A stretch of DNA of 64,000 nucleotides from the human T2T-CHM13v2.0 reference genome, Homo sapiens, in assembly GCF_009914755.1 (NCBI RefSeq), contig NC_060929.1. One strand, written 5' to 3'. Below are positions 1-26,148 of this stretch, piece by piece; the first letter of the stretch is position 1; the number at the start of each line of letters is the position of its first letter. The notes below the pieces were generated by a model. It worked only from the letters and a program-made list of their open reading frames with translations. It had not been told where the DNA came from and searched no databases. The position numbers and the translations under genes were made by a program.

Positions 1-16
1 ACTCTGGCAAACCTAC

Positions 17-84
17 CTTAATTTAGATGGGTATGGCTCAAGCACCTTCAATTTGAGTAAAGTATATTCCTGAGGTCCAACACC
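17..84 (-). CDS. LARS1: LARS1 coding exon 9 (GVGPQEYTLLKLKVLEPYPSKL+), 68 nt; gene continues beyond window start
   Basis: tag|GGTGTT acceptor at 85/84; AG|gtaggt donor at 17/16; translation matches recalled human LARS1 and is in frame with exon 8. Confidence 0.96.
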
Positions 85-1034
85 CTAAGCAAATAAACGA
101 TACAAAAATTTGAAGGAAAAAAAAGACTTGCCTTAAACCTACTAATCTATGTGAGAGATCTGATTCAAGTCCCTAAAATGGGTTCTTGCATTATTAATTT
201 TTTTTTGCAGAGAAGAGATTGCCAGTGGTGTGCTAACTATACCCACACAGAAGTCTAGTATGTTAGGAGAGATTTGGAGTAATCGCCCAAAACAGTGTTT
301 GCCAAAATGAAGGTGAGAAGACACAATCAACCCTAATTCCATCCCAGGGCATGTCCCACATAGTAGTCATCAAAGGAAGACACTAGACCAGAGGTCAGAG
401 ATAATGTGCTTTCTAAACTTAGTTTGCTCCCTTACTAATGGTTAGACCCAAGGTAGTCATAATCTCTCTAAGCCTTTCTTTCCTTATTGGTAAAATAAGG
501 ATGTTGCGTCTCAGATAGGACTGTCCTGAGGAACACACAAGATAACAGATGAAAAATGCTTTGAAAAATCTACAAAGGATTACTGAAATCTAGGATATTG
601 CTGCCATTGGCTATATTAAAACTTTACTGGGTCTTAAGTCTCTCAAATCTTTTAAAATTTTGATCAACTCTCACTTAGATAAGTTACATCAAAATTGAAG
701 GCTGATTTTGAAAATATGTTCAAAGATGGTAATAAAGAATGATGCAATCATAGGGAATCATAAGTTCAGATGATGGCATTGTCATTGATTTTTACTTTGC
801 CATGGATTTAGCCAAATCACTTACTCTTGATTTATTCAAGTATTTCAGAGAATAATGTTAATAATGTGTTCTACAGGAATTAGAATGAACTTCTAGGCAT
901 GGCTAGAATTACTTTGGAAATAAGCAAGAAGGCACATGATCAAAGCAAATATAACTGGAATCTGTGTATATCAAATCTTGGTCACATATCTTATTACCTC
1001 TCCCCATGCTTTCTTTTTAGAGCTGTTTATTTTC

Positions 1035-1510
<476 letters not shown>

Positions 1511-1674
1511 ATAGCTAGGTACTACACAAGATACAGGTACCTGTATTGATATTCTATCTCCTCTTCATATCCACCAGAGTATCAGGACTACATCCCTCAG
1601 CACTACAAAGAAGTTATTTTTAGGTTTCTATTTCTTAAACTCTATAGTCATATTAAGGATTATTATAATAGCTA

Positions 1675-1806
<132 letters not shown>

Positions 1807-2661
1807 TTATCCTACCATATTTGCCTGTGTTGCACCTAATTTCTTACAAGTCTTGCAACTAGAATTTCTGAGTAGATATCTGTGTCTATTATGTGTACTC
1901 TTATGGTAGTTCCACTGTCAACCTACTTATTTAATGAAAGCTTTCTACCTTCGTCAAAGGTAATACCACTGAAAAATACACACTGATCTTGGCTTTGTGG
2001 TATTGAACAAAAGATTATAAAACATAAATTGACTTAACAAATGAAACTATCAGGAAGTTGATTAGGTAGATTAATCAAGGAAGATAACTTATTTTCATTT
2101 CTTAAGTTATCTTCCTTGATTAATCTACATAATCAAGGAAGAATCTTAATTTGTAGAACAAAGTATAAAATAAAACACAAATCAAATGATTACTTTTTCT
2201 GCTTGGCAGGGAATACTGAACATAATCTTTAGTAAGATAATAAAAGCCCACCCTCCCATTCTCCCTGGTTATATCTGTCATAAACACTAAGCAGCTCAGA
2301 GAAATTAAGACACTGGTAAGGAAAAAAGGAAAACAAAGGATACAAAAGAATAGAAACAACATATTTTAAAACCTGAAAGGTAATGGGAAAAGGTAGGCTA
2401 CAAGGTATTTATTTATTCATGTAAGCAATCCTCCTGCCCCATCCTCTCAAGTAGCTAGGACTACAGGTGCATGCCACCATGCCTGGCTAATTTTTTTTTT
2501 TATATAAAGAGATGTGGTCTCGCTATGTTGCCCAGGCTGGTCTCAAACTCCTGGCCTCAAGCAATCCCCTCACCTCAGTTTCCCAAAGCACTGGGATTAC
2601 AGGCGTGAGCCTCTGTGCCCAACTGATTTTTGCTTTATTATGCTCAAGTATAACAAACTTA

Positions 2662-2775
<114 letters not shown>

Positions 2776-3293
2776 CTATAAAAGGAAAATTTTAAAAGGC
2801 AATTACTGAGAAATACACAAATTTTGTTTAAATAAGAATTCCTATGAATCAATTATTTACTCTTCTAACTTAGAATCAGATCAACTATTAAAAATAATTT
2901 TCCAAGTTCCACTATTAAAAGTATATCACAATTACTTTAATTTATTTAATTAAAGTATATTTTTAAGCATATACATATACATATTAACAAACATATAGAA
3001 GCTATAATAAATTAAGAAGAAACATTTAATCCTACCTTTATGTATTCCTAAATATTCAAGTTAAACTTGGGCTTCTTCATATTCTTTGAATAAAGCTCCT
3101 TTCTACTAATTGTTAATATGTCAATATACATTCTAATTCAACAAATAGTGAAGTATTCATTGTTATGAGACCCATAGGCAATGTTAGGTTCTAGTCTAAC
3201 AATAACAGTACTAATTCTTTAGTGGCATACAGGGGAAATATATTATTCTAAAATTAGGAGTTGGTCCAAATCTCATATAATCACACAAATATA

Positions 3294-6570
<3,277 letters not shown>

Positions 6571-6596
6571 TAAATGCTTTCCTCATATTTCCTTTA

Positions 6597-6836
<240 letters not shown>

Positions 6837-7179
6837 TTAATGAATGTAATTTTTTTACATTCTAAAATAATGCTGATACATCAGAACACTGCAGGAATTA
6901 GTTGTACTATTAGTCTGTACTAAAAGTACTAGTCTGTACTAAATAGTACTAATTTAGTCTGTCAAACTGTATAGCCAAGATATCCGCCAAGACACTGGCA
7001 CCAATAATAACTAAATGGATGGCAACATAAAGAACTACCCATTATGAAGATAAGATCTCAATACCAAACCTTCTGTTTCTTTTATCCTAATACCACATTT
7101 ACCTTATTTACCTATAAAGAGGCTACTCATAAGACTTTCCTCCTTTTCCAAAAATTATGAATATCCAAGAGACAACCAA

Positions 7180-9670
<2,491 letters not shown>

Positions 9671-9681
9671 AAAGGAAATAG

Positions 9682-10275
<594 letters not shown>

Positions 10276-10416
10276 AGAAAGATAATTTTTTGCTTTGATA
10301 CTTTAAAAAAATGATCTAGTACATTTTATGTGTTGGGCACTGTGCTAGTACTGGGAATGCACATATAAATCAGAAAAATATAAAACTTCAACCAACATAA
10401 ATATCAACCACTATCA

Positions 10417-10557
<141 letters not shown>

Positions 10558-10777
10558 CTACAACGAATATTAGAGATAATGAAGTTCAAAATCAAGGTAG
10601 ACACAATTTCAGTTTTTTACTGTTTTTATTGCCAACTAAAATTGACTCTGAAATTTTTTGCAATATATTGATACCTATGTGGCTCCACTACAGAAAACTG
10701 AAACGGAGGCTGGGAGCAGTGGCTCACGCCTATAATCCCAGCACCTTGGGAGGCTGAGGCAGGCAGATCACTTGTCA

Positions 10778-10981
<204 letters not shown>

Positions 10982-11216
10982 TCAAAAAAATAAAATTAAA
11001 TTAAAAAAAGGTATAAATCATGTACCTCAAAATTCACTAATTTATAAAGTAGTATTTTACCTAATTTACTCAAAAACATTTATTCAACACCCAGAATATT
11101 CAATATAGTATACTATATACCATATATATTAGATATATAAAGATGTAGGAAACATAATGTGTTATCATTTTGGATAACATTAATAACATTGTTTCTCAAT
11201 TTAAAGATTACTGTCA

Positions 11217-11421
11217 GGAGGGGGGAGGGATAGCATTAGGAGATATACCTAATGTAAATGACGAGTTAATGGGTGCAGCACACCAATATGGCACATGTAT
11301 ACACATGTAACAAAGCTGCACATTGTGCACATGTACCCCAGAACTTAAAGTATAATAATAAAAAATAAATAAAAACAAAAATAAAATCCCACCAGCAAGA
11401 AAGAAAGAAAGAAAGAAAGAT
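11217..11421 (+). mobile_element. Heavily 5'-truncated L1PA 3' end with A-rich tail and TSD
   Basis: GGGGGAGGGATAGCATTAGGAGATATACCTAATGTAAATGACGAG..AACTTAAAGTATAATAA; TSD AGATTACTGTCA at 11205-11216 and 11422-11433. Confidence 0.92.
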
Positions 11422-11599
11422 AGATTACTGTCACATATACTCTATTAGTTATCATCACAAGCCTACCAAGTAGATAGGATAGGCTTTAAGTCAGAAAACA
11501 AACAGAGATGAAGTGATTTACCCAAGGTCATACAGCTAGCAAAGTTACAGACTTAACCTTGGACTTTCCACTCTAGCTCTTATCAATTATACCACAATG

Positions 11600-13360
<1,761 letters not shown>

Positions 13361-13458
13361 GCAGAAGGCCGGGCATGGTGGCTCACGCTTGTAATCGCAG
13401 CACTTTGGAAGGCCGAGGTGGGTGGATCAACTGAGGTCAGGAGTTCCAAAACAGCCTA

Positions 13459-13647
<189 letters not shown>

Positions 13648-14154
13648 TCAAAAAAAAAAATAAAATAAAGTAAAATAAAATAAAATGTTGGAGAATAAAA
13701 AGAAATAGGATTTAAATTTCCTAATCCTATTATATAAAGGAATCCTTTCAACTCTAGTTTTCTTTCCTATTCTTCATTGAGAATTATTTCTAATACAAAC
13801 TTATGACAAATGAAGATATTTGCAAAAATGATCAAAATACAATACAACTGTTTATTATTTTATGCCGGCATCTTACATATGTCATAAGTGCACAATGGCT
13901 GTACATTTTTATTTTTAGTAAAACAGAATCAGTTATTACCTAACTGTAATACAGACATAAATACACAAGGTAACCAAAAGACATTAAAATCACTTAGTAA
14001 TCACTTAGACCATAATGGATGCCCTTTATTTAAGCACTTCTTCACATGTTGTTTATTTTTAAATTAATTTTCACTATAATAAATTCAACTCATTTCATAC
14101 TTTAATGCAGCAATACTTAAAAATCCTTTTAAGCTCTTGAATTGGGTATTACTA

Positions 14155-14283
<129 letters not shown>

Positions 14284-14591
14284 CTACAGAAATAAAATTA
14301 AATTTAAATTGCAAATTTAAATGCCAGACAAATACAAAATGTGAACTTTTCACACAAAAAAATTAGTTTTCTTCTTTACATCCTCCTTTGGAATGCCAGT
14401 TAGATTTTAGGCATCCCAAAACTCACCAACCTAGGAATTACTTTTGAATATGCATACATGCCCAGACCCTTGCACACATACACATATGGCACATAAAAAT
14501 TAAATATAAAAATTAAATTACTTAAATGGGCCAGGCACGGTGGCTCATGCCTATAATCCCAGCACTTTCAGAGGCCGAGGCTGGTGGATCA

Positions 14592-14840
<249 letters not shown>

Positions 14841-14979
14841 TTAAATATAAAAAATTATGCTTTAAGGAATTTTAAGTTCTCTTAACAGGAAATAATAAAT
14901 TCTATAGCTGCCATTTTCTTCAAAACAATATTCGTTAAAAACCTTCCTCCCCATTATAGCAAACATAGGGAAACATTAC

Positions 14980-15067
14980 CTCACATTTGGATAAAGAAAA
15001 CGTGTGTCCCAAATGAAGGCGTCCATTCATATATGGATATGGGAAGGTTACAAAATACTTGCCCTTG
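14980..15067 (-). CDS. LARS1: LARS1 coding exon 3 ([29 protein letters not shown]), 88 nt; contains HIGH-type motif HLGH
   Basis: cag|CAAG acceptor, GAG|gtaatg donor; class I aaRS signature PYMNGxLHLGH. Confidence 0.98.
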
Positions 15068-15363
15068 CTGCAAAACAACAGTATAAAAAAGAAAGTACAG
15101 AAGAATAAATGTTAAGTTCCTTTTACAATAAGGAAGTGGGGTGAAGGAAATGCTTGATATAAATAACTTAAGGTTATTTAAAAAATATTTAAAAGTAAAT
15201 TTATAAATCTACAAATTTAAAACTCTCTAAAATTGAAAATTACTTTAGATTTACAAGAAATAAGACATTGATAGGTTGCTATTAAGAATTAAATAGCCTT
15301 GTAACAAATACTAGAGGTTTAATTTGAGCTAAAATACTTGAGTAAAGATAATATACTAGGTCA

Positions 15364-15483
<120 letters not shown>

Positions 15484-16459
15484 CTAGCCGGGCGTGATGG
15501 CGTGCACTGATAATCCCAGCTACTCTAGTGGTTAAGCATGAGAATCAAGAATCGCCTGATCATTGAACCTGAGAGGCAGAGGTTGCAATGAGCTGAGATC
15601 ATGCCACTGCACTCCAGCCTGGGCGAAAATGAGACCCCATCTCAAAAAAAAAAAAATTCTTTAATACCCTTATGAACCTAGGCTAATTTAATATTTTACT
15701 GAATAAATGAGATTTGTTTTCACTAGATACTAGATATATATATAAAGCAATTCAAAGTCCCTCAGGTAATATAAAACATCCTCAATATTACTTGATATGT
15801 GGTAGATTCACTTTAAACGCATCCTTTAAAGCTTTTTTTTTTTTTTTAATTTTTTAGTTGTTTTTGTAAAGACAGGGTTCTCAATATAAGAACCACCATG
15901 AGCATGAGCTCATGAGCCACCATGCTTGGTCTGTATTCTTTTTTCTTATGAAGAATATCTAACATACATACTGTGTTATGAAGCATAATAAAATGAACAC
16001 TTGTAAACACACCATCTGACTTATGAACCCACTGAAACTACCTGTTTCCTCTCTACTGTCCCACAAGAGATAACCGACATTCTGAAATTTGCTTTTACCG
16101 TTCCCTTGTTTTTGAATAGTTTGCACACTTGCCAGCACCCTTAAACTATTTATCATTTAGTTTCGCTCACTTGTGAGTTTCATACAAAAAAAAGGCATAC
16201 TTCATATAGACTTCTGCAATTTGCCTTCTTCACTTGACATTATATTACTTTCTTCAGTCTTACTGCATACACCTATAGTTAATTCTCTTTCACTAAACAA
16301 AGCAGCTTTTTCAGTTCACTTGTAATTATTTTAAATTACCTTAAAGTTAACCAAACCTCTAGAAGAAAATAGAAGCTTCAAATTATAGCTTCAAGTATAA
16401 CACCAGAGACTATATTACAGCAATTTCTTTTTCTCTTAAAAAAAAAAAAAAAAAAAAAA

Positions 16460-16740
<281 letters not shown>

Positions 16741-18171
16741 ATATATATATATATATATATCCATATATATATATCCATATATATATATATCCATATATAT
16801 ATATCCATATATATATATATCCATATATATATATCCATATATATATATCCATATATATATCCATATATATATATCCATATATATATCCATATATATATCC
16901 ATATATATATATCCATATATATATCCATATATATATATCCATATATATATCCATATATATATATCCATATATATGGATATATATATATCCATATATATCT
17001 ATCCATATATATATCCATATATATCTATCCATATATATATCCATATATCTATCCATATATATATCCATATATATATATCCATATATATATATATCCATAT
17101 ATATATCCATATATATATATCCATATATATATATATATCCATATATATATATATCCATATATATATATCCATATATATATATATCCATATATATATATAT
17201 CCATATATATATATATCCATATATATATATATCCATATATATATATATCCATATATATATATCCATATATATATATCCATATATATATATATCCATATAT
17301 ATATATATCCATATATATATATATCCATATATATATATATCCATATATATATATATCCATATATATATATATCCATATATATATATATCCATATATATAT
17401 ATCCATATATATATATATATCCATATATATATCCATATATATATATATCCATATATATATATCCATATATATATATCCATATATATATATCCATATATAT
17501 ATATCCATATATATATATATCCATATATATATATCCATATATATATATATCCATATATATATATCCATATATATATATATCCATATATATATCCATATAT
17601 ATATATCCATATATATATATCCATATATATATATATCCATATATATATATATCCATATATATATATCCATATATATATATCCATATATATATATATCCAT
17701 ATATATATATCCATATATATATCCATATATATATCCATATATATATATCCATATATATATATATCCATATATATATATCCATATATATATATCCATATAT
17801 ATATATATCCATATATATATATATCCATATATATATATCCATATATATATCCATATATATATATATCCATATATATATCCATATATATATATATCCATAT
17901 ATATATCCATATATATATATCCATATATATATATCCATATATATATATATCCATATATATATCCATATATATATATATCCATATATATATATCCATATAT
18001 ATATATATCCATATATATATATCCATATATATATATATCCATATATATATATCCATATATATATATATCCATATATATATATCCATATATATATATATCC
18101 ATATATATATATCCATATATATATATATCCATATATATATATATCCATATATATATATATCCATATATATA
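16741..18171. repeat. ~1.43 kb compound microsatellite/VNTR, (CC(AT)n) with mostly 10-14 nt units
   Basis: Directly visible; units vary by (AT) count; a few CT-variant units and one inverted GG unit. Confidence 0.99.
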
Positions 18172-18351
18172 GCTTAATAAGCAAGGAAAAAAGACTTTTG
18201 AATCAGAAAGTCCTAAAAACAAGCCCAGGCCCAGTCAATTCCCAGTGATGTAACCTTGAACTGGTTACTTAGCCTCTCTGTGCCTCAGTTTCCTCAGCTG
18301 TAAAAGAGAAATTTTAAAAGCTGTTAACCTTAAAGTATATTGAGAAGATTA

Positions 18352-20034
<1,683 letters not shown>

Positions 20035-20732
20035 TTAAATGAGAGTATACATGTAAAAAAATTTGCTAGCACATTTGCTAGCACACAGTAAGTGTTCAAT
20101 GTTAACTTACTATTATTGTTGTTATTATAACCGTATTTCTTCAATCTGAAAAAGCACATTTTCTTACATCTCAACATATATGAATCTGGGATATATCTTA
20201 TAATTGATGCATACATTTATTGAGGCAATGTTTGGGGGAGTTATTTTGTTTTTGTTTTTCCCAAATATCATGTCATGATCTACGTTTGTCTTTAAATCAG
20301 TATTATTTTAGTATCAAGGCAATGCAGTATTTATGAAATAATATCTTCAACATTTATACTTCTATAAGCATTAGGTTTACTTGTAAAGAAAAAACATAAA
20401 AATTTACATTTTCTGTCTTTGGAGATAATAATCGTCTATGAGTCTAATAGAATAATTTCGTTTTATCAGTCAGCAAAGAAAAAAATCTCAAAACATCCTT
20501 CTTTGTCTAAATATTTAAAATACTGTAGTCTTTAAAACAAAACAAAACAAACTTTATTTAGAAAAAAAAATCTTTACAAACCCCATAAGAAAAAAGATCC
20601 TAATTCATATGCAGAAAGTGAAAGTCACCTCCTTCACCCTGTTTCAGGCATTATAAATACAATCTACCTTATGGGTTCCACCAAGCTGTTTCTGTACTAT
20701 AAAGCCAACGGTTTTAGAAATACAATGCGCAG

Positions 20733-21094
<362 letters not shown>

Positions 21095-21097
21095 TCA

Positions 21098-21217
<120 letters not shown>

Positions 21218-21543
21218 CTATTGGACACAAAGAGAATAATCCACTCTGTATTTCAGCACGCTTGCTTTAAAAAAGAATTGGGTTCACAGAACTGAGCTGC
21301 TCACTGATAAAGACTGATTTTTCCATGGTTATCTTGAAATTTAAATGAACATTAAAAATTAGGGTTATCAGCCAGGGGCGGTGGCTCATGCGTGTAATCC
21401 CAGCACTTTGGGAGGCCGAGGCGGGTGGATTGCTTGAGGTCAGGAGTTCGAGATCAGCCTGGCCAACAGGGCGAAACCCATCTCTACTAAAATACAAAAA
21501 TTAGCTGGGCGTGGTGGCGGGTACCTGTAATCTCAGCAACTCA

Positions 21544-21684
<141 letters not shown>

Positions 21685-21946
21685 TCAAACCTCAAAGAAA
21701 TGGTTGAACAATTACTGAAATATGTAAAAGGCTTTGATATGCTTTTTTAAAATTATATACTACAATGTAACACTGTCATCAAATGTTTCTATTTAATTAA
21801 AATACATGAATATCAAAGATACTGATAGAGAACTTCTCTCCAAAATTGTTAAAGAACTGTTCATATGAAATTTAAATAAAACAGGCTGGACACGGTGGCT
21901 CACGCCTGTAATCCCAGCACTTTGGGAGGCCGAGGTGAGAGGATCA

Positions 21947-22270
<324 letters not shown>

Positions 22271-22502
22271 TCATCCCTTTCCATTCCTGCTACTAACCAC
22301 CTTCATTTAGACTATCAACGCCACTGCCCCCTCTCACTTCAAAACCTCTTCTTAATAAGTAACTTGGCTGGATGTAGTGCCTCATGTCTACAATCCCAAC
22401 ACTTTGGGAGGCTGAGGAGGGAGGATTATTTGAGGCCAGGAGTTTGAGACCAGCCTAGGCAACATAGAAAGACCTCCTCTTTAAAAGAAAAACAATTTTT
22501 TT

Positions 22503-23013
22503 GGCCAGGTTTGGTGGCTCATGCCTGTAATCCCAGCACTTTGAGAGGCCGAGGCAGGTGGATCACCTGAGGCTACGAGTTCAAGACCAGCCTGGCCAAT
22601 ATGGCGAAACCCCATTTCTACTAAAAATACAAAAATTAGCCGGATGCGTTGGCATGCGCCTATAATCTCAGCTACTCGGGAGGCAAAGACAGGAGAATTA
22701 CCTGAACCCAAGAGGCGGTGGTTGCAGTGAGCCAAGATGGAGCCACTGCACTCCAGCCTAGGCAACACAGCAAGACCAATCTCAGCTCACTGAAACCTCC
22801 ATCTCTGGGGTTCAAGCAATTCTCCTGCCTCAGCCTCCCGAGCAGCTGGGATTACAGGTGCGTGCCACCATACCTGGCTAATTTTTGTATTTTTAGTAGA
22901 GACGAGGTTTCACCATGTTGGCCAGGCTGGCCTCAAACTCCTGACCTCAGGTGGTCCACCCGTCTCAGCCTCCCAAAGTGCTGTGATTACAGGCATGAGC
23001 CACCCAGCCCGGT
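22503..23013. mobile_element. Tail-to-tail inverted Alu pair fused without spacer or poly(A)
   Basis: Plus Alu ends ..CAGCAAGAC at ~22776; minus Alu starts CAATCTCAGCTCACTG immediately. Confidence 0.88.
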
Positions 23014-23748
23014 CTGTAAAATATAATTTCTAATATTTTTACAGAGGAAAGGACCCACCCACAAAGGCAAAAGTATGTAGGGCCTCATGAAGCCTAGTCA
23101 TATCTCCTACCCTACGGTCATGGGTAATATGAAATTTCACTGTATTTATGTGTGTGTGTCTGCGTGAGAGAGAGAGGGTCTCCCTCTGCCACCCAGGCTG
23201 GAGTATAATGGTGCAAGCACCAGCTCACCGCAGCCTTGACCTACTGGGCTCAATCAATCTTCCCATCTCAGCCTCCTGAATAGCTGGGACTACAGGCATA
23301 TGCACCACCATACCCAGATAGTTTTTGTATTTTTTTGTAGAGACAGGGTTTCACCATGTTGCCTAGGCTGGTCTTGAACTCCTAGGCTCAAGCAATCCAC
23401 CAGCCTTGGCTTCCCAAAGTGCTGACATTACAGGCTTGAGCCATCGCCTTTGGCCAACTTCCACTTTATTACTAAATTCCTCCTTAACCAACTTGAGTTG
23501 ACTTCTGTTAAATGCAACCAATGATCTTAAGACATTTATGCAGTTGGGCTGTAAATTCTCAACAGGCAGGAACTTTTAAATCGTTTATAGTCACCTTAGC
23601 ACAAAGTACAATGCCACAGACACAGAAGTTATGTAACAAATATCTTTTACCTAAAAATTACCATGAGCAGGACATGGGAACACTGAGGCCAGAGGATCAC
23701 TTGAACCCAGGAGATCAAGGCTGGCTGCAGTGAGCTATGATTGCACTA

Positions 23749-23916
<168 letters not shown>

Positions 23917-24373
23917 CTATACCAAAAAATACAAAAATTAGCAGCGCATGGTGGTGCACACCTGTAGTCCCAGCTACTCAGGAAGCTGAAGTGGGAGAAT
24001 CACTTGAACTTGGGAGGCACCACTGCACTCCAGCCTGGGAAAGAATGAGACTCCATTTCAAAAAAAAAATAAAAATAAAAATAAAAAATATGATCATGTC
24101 ACCCATTGTAAAGAAGACTATGAAAGCAAGTCTTTTACAAATTACTTAGAACTATGTGTTTCTTTTCATTGTACTGAGTATGCCAAATGCAAGAAAGCTT
24201 TTATTTGAGTTTTCTGTTTCTCAGAAAAACTTGTTTCTCAAAACCTCAAAGATCAAGTATAATAAAATCTGATATTGGCCCAAACACCAACTTGTTGTAT
24301 AACCTTGAGCAAGTCATTTGATCAATCTGAGACTCAACTTCCTCACTGGTAACAAAAGGCTATATAACTAAAT

Positions 24374-24490
24374 CAGAGTTCCTAAACTTTGGCACTACTT
24401 ACACTTTGGGCCAAATAATTCTTTGTTTTCAGGGGTTGTCCTGTGCACTGCAGGATGTTTAGAAGCATCCCTGGCTTCTACCCGGGATCC
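24374..24490. mobile_element. MER20 fragment
   Basis: ttgggccaaataattctttgt..ggggttgtcctgtgcactgcaggatgtttag..catccctggcttctaccc resembles MER20 consensus. Confidence 0.75.
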
Positions 24491-24643
24491 CTGCTTTTCA
24501 CTTACACTGTTGCCCCTGCCTGGAAATCTCTTTCTTCCTATAGTTGCATAGGTTGCTCTCTTACCTCGTTTTTGCCACCTTTTTGGCAAAGCCTTGCTTG
24601 ATCATCCTTTTAAAAATTGCAACAGGCCAGGCGCCATGGCTCA

Positions 24644-25057
<414 letters not shown>

Positions 25058-25433
25058 TTAGCAGGGTGTAATGGAGCACGCTTGCAGTACCAGCTGTGGG
25101 GAGGCTGAGGTGTGAGGATCGCTTGAGCCCTAAGGTCCAGGCTGCAGTGAGCCATGATCACGCCACTGCATTCCAGTCTGGGTCACAGAGTGAGAACATC
25201 TCCCAAATTTAAAAAAATTTTTAAAAATTGCAACTGTACTACCCCACCGTACACTCCCTAGCACCCCTTCCTGCTCTATTTTTTCCCCACAGCATTTATC
25301 AGCACCTGACACAATATTTTACAATGTATTTTACCCACACACATAAACACTATGAAAAGAGAGATTTTTGTCTGTTTTACGGAGAGGCGCTCAATTTTTT
25401 CTTTTTTTTTTTTTTTTTTTTTTTTTGCTGTAA

Positions 25434-25818
<385 letters not shown>

Positions 25819-26034
25819 TAACAAATATGATATCCAAGTACTCCGTAAAGTTAACAGACATCAGTTCGTGGTTCATAAACTAGCAAGAAAAAGCAAAGTC
25901 TCTACGAAAGGCACGCCTTAAGCGTGGCTCTCTTTTAGAAAAGGACTTTCCCTTCAGGACAGCACATGGAGAGCCCCTAGAGACTGGCCAGTCCGGCTCC
26001 AGGGCCCCTGCGGATTCTTCTCGCTCAAACTCAC

Positions 26035-26040
26035 CGCCAT
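26035..26040 (-). CDS. LARS1: LARS1 coding part of exon 1 (ATG GCG = M-A)
   Basis: gcaATGGCG|gtgagt: good Kozak context followed by a consensus donor, in a CpG-rich region. Confidence 0.93.
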
Positions 26041-26148
26041 TGCACCGCCCAGCCGACTGTGCAAATCCACGACAATGACCCTGGCGACCTCCACAAAGGA
26101 GTGGTTACCTTTCCCCTCCCTCTCGGAGATGCCAGGCCTCCCACGAAA

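Noticed and set aside
16741-18171. CRISPR-like repeat-spacer array
   Set aside because: No unique spacers; simple repeat in a mammalian intron
25395-25426. Solo poly(T) run as a transcript end or retrocopy
   Set aside because: No attached element or TSD; lies in an L2 3' end and is more likely slippage expansion (an internal-priming hazard)
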